Shown here: piece after piece, positions 9,933 through 20,141 of the stretch | Position numbering within the stretch: the first letter of the stretch is position 1 | How the letters are laid out: the number at the start of each line of letters is the position of its first letter | Source: Spirochaetota bacterium | GTDB taxonomy: Bacteria; Spirochaetota; UBA4802; UBA5550 | NCBI GenBank assembly: GCA_050298055.1 | Contig: JBNKTL010000011.1 | Span: 35,206-99,205, forward strand | DNA: 64,000 bases | Direction of reading: 5' to 3' | The notes under the pieces: generated by a model | The model's input: the letters and a program-made list of their open reading frames with translations, nothing else | Databases searched by the model: none | What the model was told of the DNA's origin: nothing | Translations under genes and position numbers: made by a program

Positions 9933-10880
9933 ATGGATATTAACCACAGGCACGCAGATAACGATGACCGGAACGGCCACAGTCATGGCCATGATCATCA
10001 TTTTGATAACAAGTTCAAACTCGTTGTGGTGATTTTCTTTAATGCCGTGATCACACTTGCCGAATATATCGGCGGGATGCTCTCCGGCAGTCTCGCGCTG
10101 ATTTCAGATGCCGGCCACAACCTCTCGGATGTCCTCTCCCTCATGCTCGGGTATGCGGGGGAAAAGGTGACGGAAATTGATCCGAGCAAAAGATATACAT
10201 TCGGGCTTAAGCGTTTTGAGGTGCTTATCGCCCTGGTCAACGCCCTGATTCTCGTGGGAATCGGAATTTTTATTGTCTCTGAAGCGGTTTCCCGTTTCAA
10301 TAATCCCGTAAAGATCAATATCGGGATCATGCTGGTTGTGGCGGTGGTGGGCCTTCTGGGAAATGTTTTTTCCATCATGGTGCTTTCCCGGAGCAGGCAC
10401 AGCAATCTGAACATGAAGGCGGCCTTTCTTCACCTGATGTATGACGCAATCTCATCTCTGGGGGTAATTGCCGCCGGTGTTATTATCTCTTATACGGAGT
10501 TCTACTGGATCGACCTGCTTTTCAGCCTTGTGATCGTGATAATGATTGTCTGGAGTTCAAAGGACATTATCAGGGAATCACTTCATATTTTCCTGCAGGG
10601 GGCCCCTGTCCATATAGATTCGGATGAGATATACAGGAGCATTGTTGACCTGAAAAATGTAGGCGATGTACACGGCCTTCACATCTGGTCCATCAATTCC
10701 ACGGAGATATTCCTGTCGTGTCATATCCTTACAGACCAGAATGTCGAAGATGTTAATACCGATGAACTGATCGGGAGTGTCAACCGGATGCTGGAGGAAA
10801 AATTCGGCATAGAGCATACAACACTTCAGATCGAAACGAAAGGCATATGCAGTCTTAAAAACGGAGTCTGCTGCAGGTAG
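9933..10880 (+). CDS. czcD: Cation diffusion facilitator (CzcD/ZitB-like Zn/Co/Cd exporter)
   Basis: His-rich N-terminus, 'SLALISDAGHNLSD', 'AFLHLMYD', 'HGLHIW', 'HTTLQIE'. Confidence 0.92.
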   Translation: MDINHRHADNDDRNGHSHGHDHHFDNKFKLVVVIFFNAVITLAEYIGGMLSGSLALISDAGHNLSDVLSLMLGYAGEKVTEIDPSKRYTFGLKRFEVLIALVNALILVGIGIFIVSEAVSRFNNPVKINIGIMLVVAVVGLLGNVFSIMVLSRSRHSNLNMKAAFLHLMYDAISSLGVIAAGVIISYTEFYWIDLLFSLVIVIMIVWSSKDIIRESLHIFLQGAPVHIDSDEIYRSIVDLKNVGDVHGLHIWSINSTEIFLSCHILTDQNVEDVNTDELIGSVNRMLEEKFGIEHTTLQIETKGICSLKNGVCCR

Positions 10881-10909
10881 ACAAATTACAGTAAAGGAAA
10901 CGGAATTTT

Positions 10910-11377
10910 ATGGAGAGTAAAACAGTGAGTTACAGTTCAATTGAGATCGTTCTTCAGATGACCCAGGCGGACGCGAACCTTGCGGGGAACGTCCACGGGG
11001 GGTCTATCATGAAGCAGGTTGATAACACGGCGGGTCTTGTTGCCGTGAGGCATACCGGGGGCAATGTTGTTACCGCGTCTATCGACAGGCTCAATTTTCA
11101 CAAACCGGTTTATGTGGGGGACATCCTCAGGATCAAGTCGTCAATAAACATGGTGGGGAGTACCTCAATGGAGGTGGGTGTAAGCGTTGATGCGGAAAAC
11201 GTTCTCACCGGGGAGACCCGGCACACGGCCACCGCCTACCTGACATTCGTTGCCCTTGATGAAAAGGGAAACCCCCGGAAGGTGCCCGAACTGATCCTTG
11301 AAACCGATAACGACCGGAGAAGGAACAGTGAGGCCATTCAGAGAAGAGAGGAGAGGCTGAGACAACGTGAAGCATAA
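10910..11377 (+). CDS. Acyl-CoA thioesterase (YciA-like hotdog fold)
   Basis: 'DANLAGNVHGG', 'VVTASID', 'TSMEVGV', 'TFVALD'. Confidence 0.93.
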   Translation: MESKTVSYSSIEIVLQMTQADANLAGNVHGGSIMKQVDNTAGLVAVRHTGGNVVTASIDRLNFHKPVYVGDILRIKSSINMVGSTSMEVGVSVDAENVLTGETRHTATAYLTFVALDEKGNPRKVPELILETDNDRRRNSEAIQRREERLRQREA

Positions 11378-11425
11378 TTTACCATTATTTTATATATTAT
11401 CCGTTTAAATTGGAGAGGAGACTTG

Positions 11426-13027
11426 ATGAAGACTTATTTATTCTCCTTTAGCCTGTTAGGAGCAGCAATAATAATGATAGTGTGTATTTCCCTTACTTTC
11501 GCTTTTGCTGAAGGAGAAAATCAGGCTGAAAATAGACAAGTTAAAAAAACAATTGATGACCTTGCCGAGGAAAAAATTGCAGAATGCGGCAGATGCTCAA
11601 GAACAAGGGCCGCCACAAGAACGGATGAAATCATGCGCATAAGATGCTGGCTTGATTGCCTGGCAGATTATGCTAAACAAGAAAATGAAAAACTCTACAG
11701 CTATGGCATTGCTTTTAAAATCGATAATTTTTTAAATAAGGATGAAAAAGACTTTAAAGATAATGTTGAAGGTTTTACGAGAATGCGGGAGATGAATAAT
11801 TGTCTTTTTCAATTATTTGGAGAAATTGGAGGCAAAAAAGATAAAAGAAAACGTTCTCGAGATGAAATTACACTTTCTGTATTTAAAACGGCCATAAATA
11901 TCGATAAACTGGTCATTGATTTATCGGACCTCTTACTTTTATTAAAACTGGATAACATCACCCATCTTTGTGAAAGAGATATACTTCAAGAAAAAATAAG
12001 CACTACTCCCGGTCTTAAACATCTTCTCAAAGACGGTGAGTTAGAGGATAATATGTATGACCATTTTTGTGGTAATATTTCCAGTAGACTTACAAATGAA
12101 GATAAAATAAATCTTACAAATCCGAGAAGAAGTTTAATAAAAAAAATTCTTCGTAAAAAAGAACCTTCAAAAAAAAGCCTCATTTTCAAACTTGTAGCCT
12201 GCAATAAAGTTTATGGTTTCTGTCTCTATGGAGCAAAGAGAACACCAATAAAACAGAAAAAAGAATGTCAAAAGTATATAGGGAGAAGAAATAGTCCCAG
12301 GTCCGAAGACTGGTATCAGGGATGTATTGCCGGCATTGACCGCCACCTCAGTGATTATAAAGGTGATGAACGAAAGTACTATAGTACTACCGCCGGTTTT
12401 GGAGTTTATTACGGTAATAGTTCATATAGATACCTGAATGATCATTTTTCAGATAATGGTAAAGGGATGGTCTGTAGTACAGCCGGAATTAAAATTATCG
12501 ATACCTATGAGAAAGAGAGTACAATTGGAAGGATAAATGTGAACGTACTGCGAAAGGCAGGGATTTACCTGCCCCCCCAGACACATGGAAATAAGACAAT
12601 TAATCCTCTCAATTATAATTACTTTTATGCGCCGGATCTCTTTGAAATCGCATCGCAGGGATATATTATTGAATTTGGGTCAATTTCTGGACATGCTTTT
12701 GTTTCAAAATATGCTATTCCCAAAAGGAATTGCAGATATGCCAATATCACCGATTTTAAAACCTGTGAAAGCTTTTATGAACGCCAGGAAAGGGAATATG
12801 GTTTAATTCCCAATCTCCATAAAAAGGGATTGCTGAGATTTCTTCTTTCAGGTAACGGAAACAGGGATATGCAGAATCGAATGCTTACCTATTTTGCATC
12901 AAAAATCAATGGATGTGGTTTTGCTGACCGACTAAAAGCCAAAGTAAATTCATCGCCGGACCTGAAAAGGTATTTCCTGAGTAAACCTCTGTTGAAACAA
13001 TATATAACCGAACCGGCAGTCAAATAA
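11426..13027 (+). CDS. Hypothetical secreted Cys-rich protein (orphan, AT-rich)
   Basis: Long uninterrupted ORF, GGAG RBS, signal peptide ending 'AFA', about 15 Cys; no recognised family. Confidence 0.75.
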   Translation: MKTYLFSFSLLGAAIIMIVCISLTFAFAEGENQAENRQVKKTIDDLAEEKIAECGRCSRTRAATRTDEIMRIRCWLDCLADYAKQENEKLYSYGIAFKIDNFLNKDEKDFKDNVEGFTRMREMNNCLFQLFGEIGGKKDKRKRSRDEITLSVFKTAINIDKLVIDLSDLLLLLKLDNITHLCERDILQEKISTTPGLKHLLKDGELEDNMYDHFCGNISSRLTNEDKINLTNPRRSLIKKILRKKEPSKKSLIFKLVACNKVYGFCLYGAKRTPIKQKKECQKYIGRRNSPRSEDWYQGCIAGIDRHLSDYKGDERKYYSTTAGFGVYYGNSSYRYLNDHFSDNGKGMVCSTAGIKIIDTYEKESTIGRINVNVLRKAGIYLPPQTHGNKTINPLNYNYFYAPDLFEIASQGYIIEFGSISGHAFVSKYAIPKRNCRYANITDFKTCESFYERQEREYGLIPNLHKKGLLRFLLSGNGNRDMQNRMLTYFASKINGCGFADRLKAKVNSSPDLKRYFLSKPLLKQYITEPAVK

Positions 13028-13062
13028 TTAAGAGTTCAACCGGTCCGGTTTCAAAACTGTTC

Positions 13063-14337
13063 CTATTGTTTCCCTTTCCCGTTGGGAACAATGAAGTGTT
13101 CCGGTATGGGGAAGCGGGAACAGAGCATAAGGACTTCCTTCCCCACCTGTTCAATGACCTCTTCATTATCAATATTGTCCGCGATCCTGTTGAAGAATTC
13201 GGCAATAAGATCGATCTCCTCTTCCTTTATCCCCCGGGATGTTATTGCCGGTGTTCCGATCCTCAGGCCGCTGGGGTTCGCGGGGGGAGCGGTATCTCCG
13301 GGGATTGAATTGTAATTTGTGACGATCCGTGCCCTGTCAAGGGCCTTGGCGAATTTTTTCCCGGGGATCCCTTTATTTCGAAGGTCGATGAGTATGAGGT
13401 GGTTGTCCGATCCCCCGGAAACCAGGTTAAAACCATACTCCTGCAGCTTTTCCGCCATCCGTGATGAGTTCTTGATTATCTGTCCGGCGTAGTTTATGAA
13501 TTCGGGAGTGTCCGCTTCCGCCAGGGCGACCGCTATTGCCGCGATCGTGTGCATATGGGGGCCGCCCTGCTGTCCCGGGAAAACGGCCCTGTCGATATTG
13601 TCGGCATGTTCTTTTTTTGAAAGGAGCATCCCTCCCCGGGGACCCCGCAGGGTCTTATGGGTGGTGGTGGAGACGACATCCGCGTAAGGGACGGGGCTTT
13701 TGTGAAGTCCCGCCACAACGAGCCCTGAAATATGCGCGATATCACTCACATGGTAAGCGCCCACTTTATCGGCAATACTTTTAAATATCTCAAAATCAAT
13801 CTCCCGGGGATATGCCGTGGCCCCCGATATAATCAGTCTGGGTTTGTGTTTTTTGGCAAGGTCCTCGATCTCATTGTAATCCAGCCGCCCGGTATCCGGC
13901 CTGACTGTATAATAAACCGCGTTGAATATTTTACTGGTTATACTCACCTTCCAGCCGTGGGTGAGGTGGCCGCCGTCGGTAAGAGAGAGCCCCATAATGG
14001 TATCTCCCGGTTTGATCAGGCCGTTATAGAGCGCGAGGTTTGCCACCGATCCGGAGTAGGCCTGAACATTGCAGTGTTCCGCCTTGAATACCCTTTTCCC
14101 CCTCTCCATGGCCAGGGTCTCTATGAGGTCCGTTACCTGCTGTCCTTCGTAATACCTTTTTCCCGGGTATCCTTCGGCGTATTTATTTGTAAGGCAGCTT
14201 CCCGTGGCCTCCATGACCGCTTTGGACACATAGTTTTCAGAGGGAATGAGCCTGAGGCATCCGCTCTGCCGGGTCTTCTCCTGCCTGATCAGTTCATATA
14301 TCTGCGGGTCATACTGTTTGAGTGCTGGCATAGTCAT
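13063..14337 (-). CDS. glyA: Serine hydroxymethyltransferase
   Basis: 'LIPSEN', 'NKYAEGYPGKRYY', 'GGHLTHG', PLP lysine 'TTTHKTLRGPRGG'. Confidence 0.98.
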   Translation of the reverse strand: MTMPALKQYDPQIYELIRQEKTRQSGCLRLIPSENYVSKAVMEATGSCLTNKYAEGYPGKRYYEGQQVTDLIETLAMERGKRVFKAEHCNVQAYSGSVANLALYNGLIKPGDTIMGLSLTDGGHLTHGWKVSITSKIFNAVYYTVRPDTGRLDYNEIEDLAKKHKPRLIISGATAYPREIDFEIFKSIADKVGAYHVSDIAHISGLVVAGLHKSPVPYADVVSTTTHKTLRGPRGGMLLSKKEHADNIDRAVFPGQQGGPHMHTIAAIAVALAEADTPEFINYAGQIIKNSSRMAEKLQEYGFNLVSGGSDNHLILIDLRNKGIPGKKFAKALDRARIVTNYNSIPGDTAPPANPSGLRIGTPAITSRGIKEEEIDLIAEFFNRIADNIDNEEVIEQVGKEVLMLCSRFPIPEHFIVPNGKGKQ

Positions 14338-14367
14338 CTGTTTCTCCTGTCTGTTAACATTTTCTTT

Positions 14368-17016
14368 TTATTCTGCGAGTTTATTGAGATTGGTTTCGAG
14401 TTTTTCAAGTATATCGTTATATTCCGATCTCTTGTTTCTCTCTTTTTCGATTATCTCCCCGGGGGCCTTGCTGATAAAATTTTCATTTTTGAGTTTTTTA
14501 TCTATTTTTTCCAGCTCGGTCCTTATTTTATTGATCTCCTTTTCAAGACGTTCTTTCTCCTTGTCAATATCAATGAGTTCTTTCAGAGGCATGAAGATCT
14601 CAAGTTCCGGAATCACGGCGGACGCATCGGAAGGATCGGGAGTATAACCGGTGTCAATTTTGATGCTGTTCAGTTTTGCCAGGGCCCTGAGATTGGCGTC
14701 CTCCCTCCGGATAAGGGCCGCAATTCCGCTGTTTTCGGTCTTGAAGATAACAGCTGCCTGTTTATCGGGGGGGATATTCATTTCACCCCTGATGTTCCTT
14801 ATCCTGTAGACGATCTCTTTAAAGGTTTCGGTTTCAGCCACTTCTGCTGGAAAGTCGAAACCGGGATCAATCTGCGGCCATTGGGAAACCATGATATCCT
14901 TCTCTTCTTTATCCTTTATCCTGCTCCAGATCTCCTCGGTGATAAAGGGCATAAAGGGATGAAGCATCTGTACCGATTTTTTCAGGATGTAAAAAAGCAC
15001 CTGCCGGGCAGTATCCGATGATTCCTTGTCCCCGCTCTCCTTTGAGTAGATCCTCTGCTTGGAGAGTTCAAGGTACCAGTCGCAGAATTCGTGCCACCAG
15101 AAATCGTACAGGGCATGGGCGGCATCGTTGAACCTGTACTCAGCGAGCCCCTTTGTTACATCGATGATCGTTGAGTTCAGCCTGTGGAGGATCCACCTGT
15201 CGAAATGTTCAAGCTCGACCTTTTTGAGGTTTCGGGCCGTGAAGTCTTCCCCGAGGTTCATGAGGATAAACCGCGTTGTGTTCCAGATCTTGTTGGCAAA
15301 GGACCTGTACCCTTCGATTCTCTTCTCCGAGAGGATGATGTCCCGTCCCTGGGACGCGAATATTGCCAGGGTAAACCTGAAAGCGTCTGTGCCGTATTTA
15401 TCCATCATAACAAGGGGGTCGATGACATTTCCCCGGGATTTACTCATCTTCTGCCCCAGTTCGTCGCGGACCAGGGCGTGGATATAGACATCCCTGAAGG
15501 GAACATCGTCCATGAATTTAAGGCCCATCATGATCATCCGCGCCACCCAGAAGAAGATAATATCAAAACCGGTGACCAGGGTGCCGGTGGGATAGTATTT
15601 TTTCAATGCGTCGGTCTCGTCCGGCCAGCCCATGGTTGAAAAGGGCCAGAGACCCGATGAAAACCAGGTATCCAGGACATCTTCATCCTGACGGATATTT
15701 TTTGAACCGCACTTTGTGCATTCAGCGGGATCATCCATTGAGACGATAAGCTCTCCGCAGTCATCGCAGAAAAAGGCGGGGATCCTGTGCCCCCACCAGA
15801 GCTGCCGTGAAATGCACCAGTCCCTGATGTTGTACATCCATTCGAAGTAGGTCTTTGCCCAGTTCCCGGGAATAAACCGTACCTTCTTCTCTTCCACGGC
15901 CTTAATGGCTTCATCCGCAAGGGGTTTGATCTTCACAAACCACTGCTTTGAAAGAGAGGGTTCAATGATGGTCTGGCAGCGGTAGCAGTGACCCACGGAA
16001 TGGTCATGTTTTTCTTTCTTTTCCAGGAAGCCCCTGCTCTCAAGGTCTTCAATGACCTTCTTCCGCGCGTCAAAGCGGGAGAGGCCCCGGTAGGCGGGAG
16101 CATTCTCATTGATATTCCCGTGTTGGTCCATTATGATGATCTCTTCGAGATTGTGTCTTTTTCCCATCTCGAAGTCATTGGGGTCGTGGGCCGGTGTGAC
16201 CTTTACAAGTCCCGTACCGAAATCTTTGTCCACATAGCTGTCGGCAAAAACAGGGATTTTTCTCTCCATGAGGGGGAGGATGACGTTTTTCCCCACAAGG
16301 TCCTTATATCTTTCATCTTCGGGATTGACTGCAACACCGGTATCGCCCAGCATGGTCTCGGGTCTTGTTGTGGCCACTACAATATATTCGTCGCTTCCTT
16401 CAATCGGGTACCTGATGTGCCAGAGGGCCCCTTCCAGGTCCCTGTATTCCGTCTCGATATCGGAGAGGGCGGTCTCGCACCGGGGGCACCAGTTGATGAT
16501 CCTGTATCCCTGGTAGATAAGGCCTTCCTGGTAGAGAGTCACAAAGACCTTCCGCACCGCCCGGGAAAGACCTTCATCCAGGGTAAACCTCTCCCGGGGC
16601 CAGTCAAGGGAACACCCGAGCCTTTTCAACTGGCCCTGTATCTGCCCCCCGGAGTGTTCCTTCCATTCCCATACACGCTTTTCGAAATTTTCCCTTCCCA
16701 GGTCCTTCCTGTTTTTCCCCTCCTCACGGAGGAGCTTCTCCACAACATTCTGGGTTGCAATTCCCGCGTGGTCCATGCCGGGCATCCAGAGAACGGACTT
16801 CCCGGACATCCTCTGCCACCGGGCCAGTATGTCCTGGAGGGTATTGTTCAGGGCGTGCCCCATGTGAAGATTTCCCGTAACATTGGGGGGGGGGATGACT
16901 ATGGAGTATGGCTCCCTGCCGTCTTTTTCATCAGCATGAAAATATCCCTTTTCTTCCCAGTAGCCGTACCATTTTTTTTCGACTTCTTCGGGTTGATATG
17001 ATGATGGAAGTTCCAT
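14368..17016 (-). CDS. valS: Valyl-tRNA synthetase
   Basis: 'PPPNVTGNLHMGHA', 'DHAGIATQ', 'DWCISRQLWWGH', KMSKS, C-terminal coiled coil. Confidence 0.98.
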   Translation of the reverse strand: MELPSSYQPEEVEKKWYGYWEEKGYFHADEKDGREPYSIVIPPPNVTGNLHMGHALNNTLQDILARWQRMSGKSVLWMPGMDHAGIATQNVVEKLLREEGKNRKDLGRENFEKRVWEWKEHSGGQIQGQLKRLGCSLDWPRERFTLDEGLSRAVRKVFVTLYQEGLIYQGYRIINWCPRCETALSDIETEYRDLEGALWHIRYPIEGSDEYIVVATTRPETMLGDTGVAVNPEDERYKDLVGKNVILPLMERKIPVFADSYVDKDFGTGLVKVTPAHDPNDFEMGKRHNLEEIIIMDQHGNINENAPAYRGLSRFDARKKVIEDLESRGFLEKKEKHDHSVGHCYRCQTIIEPSLSKQWFVKIKPLADEAIKAVEEKKVRFIPGNWAKTYFEWMYNIRDWCISRQLWWGHRIPAFFCDDCGELIVSMDDPAECTKCGSKNIRQDEDVLDTWFSSGLWPFSTMGWPDETDALKKYYPTGTLVTGFDIIFFWVARMIMMGLKFMDDVPFRDVYIHALVRDELGQKMSKSRGNVIDPLVMMDKYGTDAFRFTLAIFASQGRDIILSEKRIEGYRSFANKIWNTTRFILMNLGEDFTARNLKKVELEHFDRWILHRLNSTIIDVTKGLAEYRFNDAAHALYDFWWHEFCDWYLELSKQRIYSKESGDKESSDTARQVLFYILKKSVQMLHPFMPFITEEIWSRIKDKEEKDIMVSQWPQIDPGFDFPAEVAETETFKEIVYRIRNIRGEMNIPPDKQAAVIFKTENSGIAALIRREDANLRALAKLNSIKIDTGYTPDPSDASAVIPELEIFMPLKELIDIDKEKERLEKEINKIRTELEKIDKKLKNENFISKAPGEIIEKERNKRSEYNDILEKLETNLNKLAE

Positions 17017-17072
17017 GGTAATTCCTCAATTATTGATAGCTAAAGAAGAAATAAACGTATATTCATAAAAAC

Positions 17073-17121
17073 TTGTTCCCGGTCCCCGGTTTTTCGGGGA
17101 CAAGTTTCGCGGGAATGTCAT
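17073..17121 (-). repeat. REP-like nested palindrome (GACATTCCCGCG...CGGGAAC type)
   Basis: Minus strand ATGACATTCCCGCGAAACTTGTCCCCGAAAACCGGGGACCGGGAACAA: outer TTCCCG/CGGGAA stem and inner GTCCCCG/CGGGGAC stem. Confidence 0.6.
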
Positions 17122-17195
17122 GGGATGGGTTACCTGTTACGGCGATACCCTTTCGTTGTCATTTAGTGGCAGGTGTAAAATGTGTCAAATAAATT

Positions 17196-17720
17196 TTATC
17201 TGAGCTTTTTCAGGGCATTCTCAAGCTTGTTCAGGGTATCTTTTTTGTATCCTGTGGTTTTCAGGACAAAATATCCCTTTTTATCAACCACAAATGTGGA
17301 AGGGACGTTGAGTTCTGTTTTCCGGTCCTTCCCGCCGGAGGCCTTCATATACTGCTTGATGGCAACCTGGTATATATCAAGAAGGTAATCGTGGTGAACG
17401 CCTATTTCGTTCAAAAATCCGTCTGCCTTCTCCTTGGCGGGTTTTTCTTTGTTTGTATCAACATTTATTAAAACCAGGCGCAGGTTTTTACTCTTCTCGT
17501 ATTTTTTAAAGAGCTTAATGATTTCCGGCATTTCATGTTTGCACGGTTTGCAGTAGCTTGCCCAGAAGGAGATGATAAGATTGCCTTTCATCTGTGATCG
17601 GGACGTGTATTCTCCCCTGTTGTTCAGGAGGGCAAAGCCGGGGGCTTTTTTTGCTGCCCCGGATATTTCCCCCGTGACGAGCAACAGAAAAGATAATGTG
17701 AATAGTGCCAATTTCTTCAT
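17196..17720 (-). CDS. TlpA/ResA-family thiol-disulfide oxidoreductase
   Basis: Signal peptide, 'APGFAL', 'FWASYCKPCKHEMP', 'VPSTFVVDKKG'. Confidence 0.92.
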   Translation of the reverse strand: MKKLALFTLSFLLLVTGEISGAAKKAPGFALLNNRGEYTSRSQMKGNLIISFWASYCKPCKHEMPEIIKLFKKYEKSKNLRLVLINVDTNKEKPAKEKADGFLNEIGVHHDYLLDIYQVAIKQYMKASGGKDRKTELNVPSTFVVDKKGYFVLKTTGYKKDTLNKLENALKKLR

Positions 17721-17964
17721 AATCCTGGTTCTCCGATTTCTGTAATTTATCCGGTCACTGGGCTGCAATTTTATAAAGTCTCGTTATAAACTGCAAGATT
17801 ATTTTTTATTAAAATGTACTCAGTTATTCTCAAATTCCATCAAAAAAAGTAATGGACAGAGCCGGGATCTTTTATCAGATTTTATCAATTATAAAAATCG
17901 TTTAATATCTCTGAAAAAACTCTGTCTTATAAAAAACGGATAAATTTATTAAAGGGGAACTCTC

Positions 17965-18915
17965 TTGAAAAAACTGATCATTTTACTTGTACAATTCATA
18001 ACCCTGGTATCCCTGCCAATGGTTTATGCCGGTGATAATTTTGTTAAAGATGAGAAAAAAAATGATAAAATCAGGATAAATCTGGGGCCCGCTCTCTGGG
18101 GGGGGCATACCACATACCGGATCGGGTACCCGGTTGAAGATTCAACGGGAAAATATTCGGGGCATTTTCCCTTCAGTGAACTGAGGTTTCCCATTACCTC
18201 TTTTTCCGCATCGGTTGCCGGTGAGTATGATATTTCCGAAAAGATAAGCGTGGGTTTCAGGTTTGACAGGAACCTGTCAACTTATACGGGACTGATGAAG
18301 GATTCCGACTGGCTGGATAATACGAGTAAACTCGATGTCTATTCCGAAAGTGATACCGAGATGAGCGCTTACTTCTTTGATCTTGACGCCGGTTACACTT
18401 TTTATAAAAAGAAAAAATGGCAGATCAGCGCAGGGGGCGGCCTGATCTACAGGTATTTCTCTTTCCAATGCAGTGACGCGGAGCAGGTCTATCCTTCCGG
18501 AGATTACGGTTACGGGACAGACTATGTGGATGGTGTTGGGATTACCTACCAGGCAGTATTCCTCATCCCCTATGCTCAGGTAAAAGCAGGTTACACGGTA
18601 TCAAAAAAAATTGATCTTGCGGGAAGGATCGGGATATCGCCCTATCTGCGAATATGGGACCGGGATGAACATATTGCCCGGGTCCCTCCGATCTATGCGG
18701 ACGGGACATACAGCGGGTACGCGGGCCTTTTTTCTTTTAAGGCACGCTACAGTATCACAAAGAGATGGTCCGTCACTGCCGCATACAACTGGATCTATAT
18801 ACTGGCAGAGGGTGAACAGGACAATACAGAGAGCGGAAGTGATCCCTGGACCACTGCCGCCGAGATTGAGAGCAACCAGTATATGCTTCTCCTCTACGCC
18901 GGCTACAGCTTCTAG
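17965..18915 (+). CDS. Omptin-family outer-membrane protease
   Basis: Signal peptide, 'SEL', 'MKDSDW' (DxD), 'RDEH' (DxH), amphipathic beta-strands, C-terminal 'YAGYSF' barrel signal. Confidence 0.8.
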   Translation: MKKLIILLVQFITLVSLPMVYAGDNFVKDEKKNDKIRINLGPALWGGHTTYRIGYPVEDSTGKYSGHFPFSELRFPITSFSASVAGEYDISEKISVGFRFDRNLSTYTGLMKDSDWLDNTSKLDVYSESDTEMSAYFFDLDAGYTFYKKKKWQISAGGGLIYRYFSFQCSDAEQVYPSGDYGYGTDYVDGVGITYQAVFLIPYAQVKAGYTVSKKIDLAGRIGISPYLRIWDRDEHIARVPPIYADGTYSGYAGLFSFKARYSITKRWSVTAAYNWIYILAEGEQDNTESGSDPWTTAAEIESNQYMLLLYAGYSF

Positions 18916-19068
18916 TGCTTCAACCGCTTTATTTTTAACTCATTATGATTGGTTAACTGCAGGAACATCCAGCTATTAAGTGAATCTTATTGACGCTAAA
19001 TTACGCGGGCTCAGCACGAGCTGATATTTTCTTATTTACACAGAACCGGCGTTCTTTATTTTTAACTT

Positions 19069-19800
19069 ATGAGGCCCTACACGGAGCTTGCGCTCTCATA
19101 TGACTTTATGCTGAAACACGTAGATTACCAGTCCTGGTATATCTATATCAGCACAATCATGATCAGGTATATTGATAATCCCCGGGTCATCCTGGAGCTG
19201 GGCTGCGGTACCGGTAAATTTGGCGCCAAGTTTTCCGCGGATGATTTCCAGGTATTCGGACTGGACAGGTCCATTGAAATGCTGAAGGTCGCGCGGGTAA
19301 GGGCATTTAAGAACTTCCGTATTGTCTGCGGGGACATGACAGATTTTTACTTTTCCCGGAAATTTGATTATATTTTTTCCGTACACGACACGCTGAACTA
19401 CCTGCTGGAATATTCCCAGATAAGGAAACTCTTCAGGTCGGTAAAGGGTGTGATGCACAGGGAGAGTGTTTTCATGTTCGATATAACAACAGAGTACAAT
19501 ATCAACGCTCATTTTGACGGAAAGACCAGCTACTACAGAACGGAAAGCGCGGAGATTGAATGGAGCAATGTCTATGACAGGGAGTGTTCCCTGGTCTTTT
19601 CCACCCTTAAATTCAACAGAAAGGATGGGAAGGAATCGGTAGAAGAACATGTTCAGAGGATCTACACCGTTGATGAATTAGTCAAACTGCTGGGAGAAGA
19701 AGGCTTTGAGGTGATGGATATTTTCGGTGATTATACATTTGAACCGCCCCATAATAAAACGGTGATGATAAATTTTATAACCAGGGTAAGAAGTTCATGA
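19069..19800 (+). CDS. Class I SAM-dependent methyltransferase
   Basis: 'ILELGCGTG', 'GLDRSIEML', 'GDM', 'DTLNYL'. Confidence 0.93.
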   Translation: MRPYTELALSYDFMLKHVDYQSWYIYISTIMIRYIDNPRVILELGCGTGKFGAKFSADDFQVFGLDRSIEMLKVARVRAFKNFRIVCGDMTDFYFSRKFDYIFSVHDTLNYLLEYSQIRKLFRSVKGVMHRESVFMFDITTEYNINAHFDGKTSYYRTESAEIEWSNVYDRECSLVFSTLKFNRKDGKESVEEHVQRIYTVDELVKLLGEEGFEVMDIFGDYTFEPPHNKTVMINFITRVRSS

Positions 19801-20141
19801 CGGTGATAATCTATCTTGCGGGCCTCGTTATCGGAGCGGCCCTTTTCTTCTACATCCTCTCCCTCTACCATGAAGGGAAGGAGAAACTCAGGAAGGTCCC
19901 CGGGAAAGGGAACACTTCCCGGCCTTCCCGTGAAGGAAGCGAATCGACCCTGGAAGCAGGCAGGGTCTCCTATCCGCACCTCAAAGGAATACCCCCCGGG
20001 GAGAGGATGTGCCCCATCTGCAGGAATTCACTTTCAAAGTATGAGCCGCTCTATGCTTCACAGGTTGACACGGAATCGGGGAGCAGGATATTGATATACG
20101 GGTGCGGGCACTGTTATAAAGAGAACGGGTCTTCTGACTGA
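19797..20141 (+). CDS. Membrane-anchored protein with Zn-ribbon (CPIC...CGHC)
   Basis: N-terminal TM, two CxxC pairs, ATGA overlap with the upstream methyltransferase. Confidence 0.7.
   Translation: MTVIIYLAGLVIGAALFFYILSLYHEGKEKLRKVPGKGNTSRPSREGSESTLEAGRVSYPHLKGIPPGERMCPICRNSLSKYEPLYASQVDTESGSRILIYGCGHCYKENGSSD

Noticed and set aside
13732..17001. Long plus-strand ORFs (429 aa at 13732 and 337 aa at 15988)
   Set aside because: Antisense shadows of glyA and valS; no motifs or RBS support.
17017..17195. T-box riboswitch upstream of valS
   Set aside because: No GGTGGNACC T-box motif; the structure present is a REP-like palindrome.
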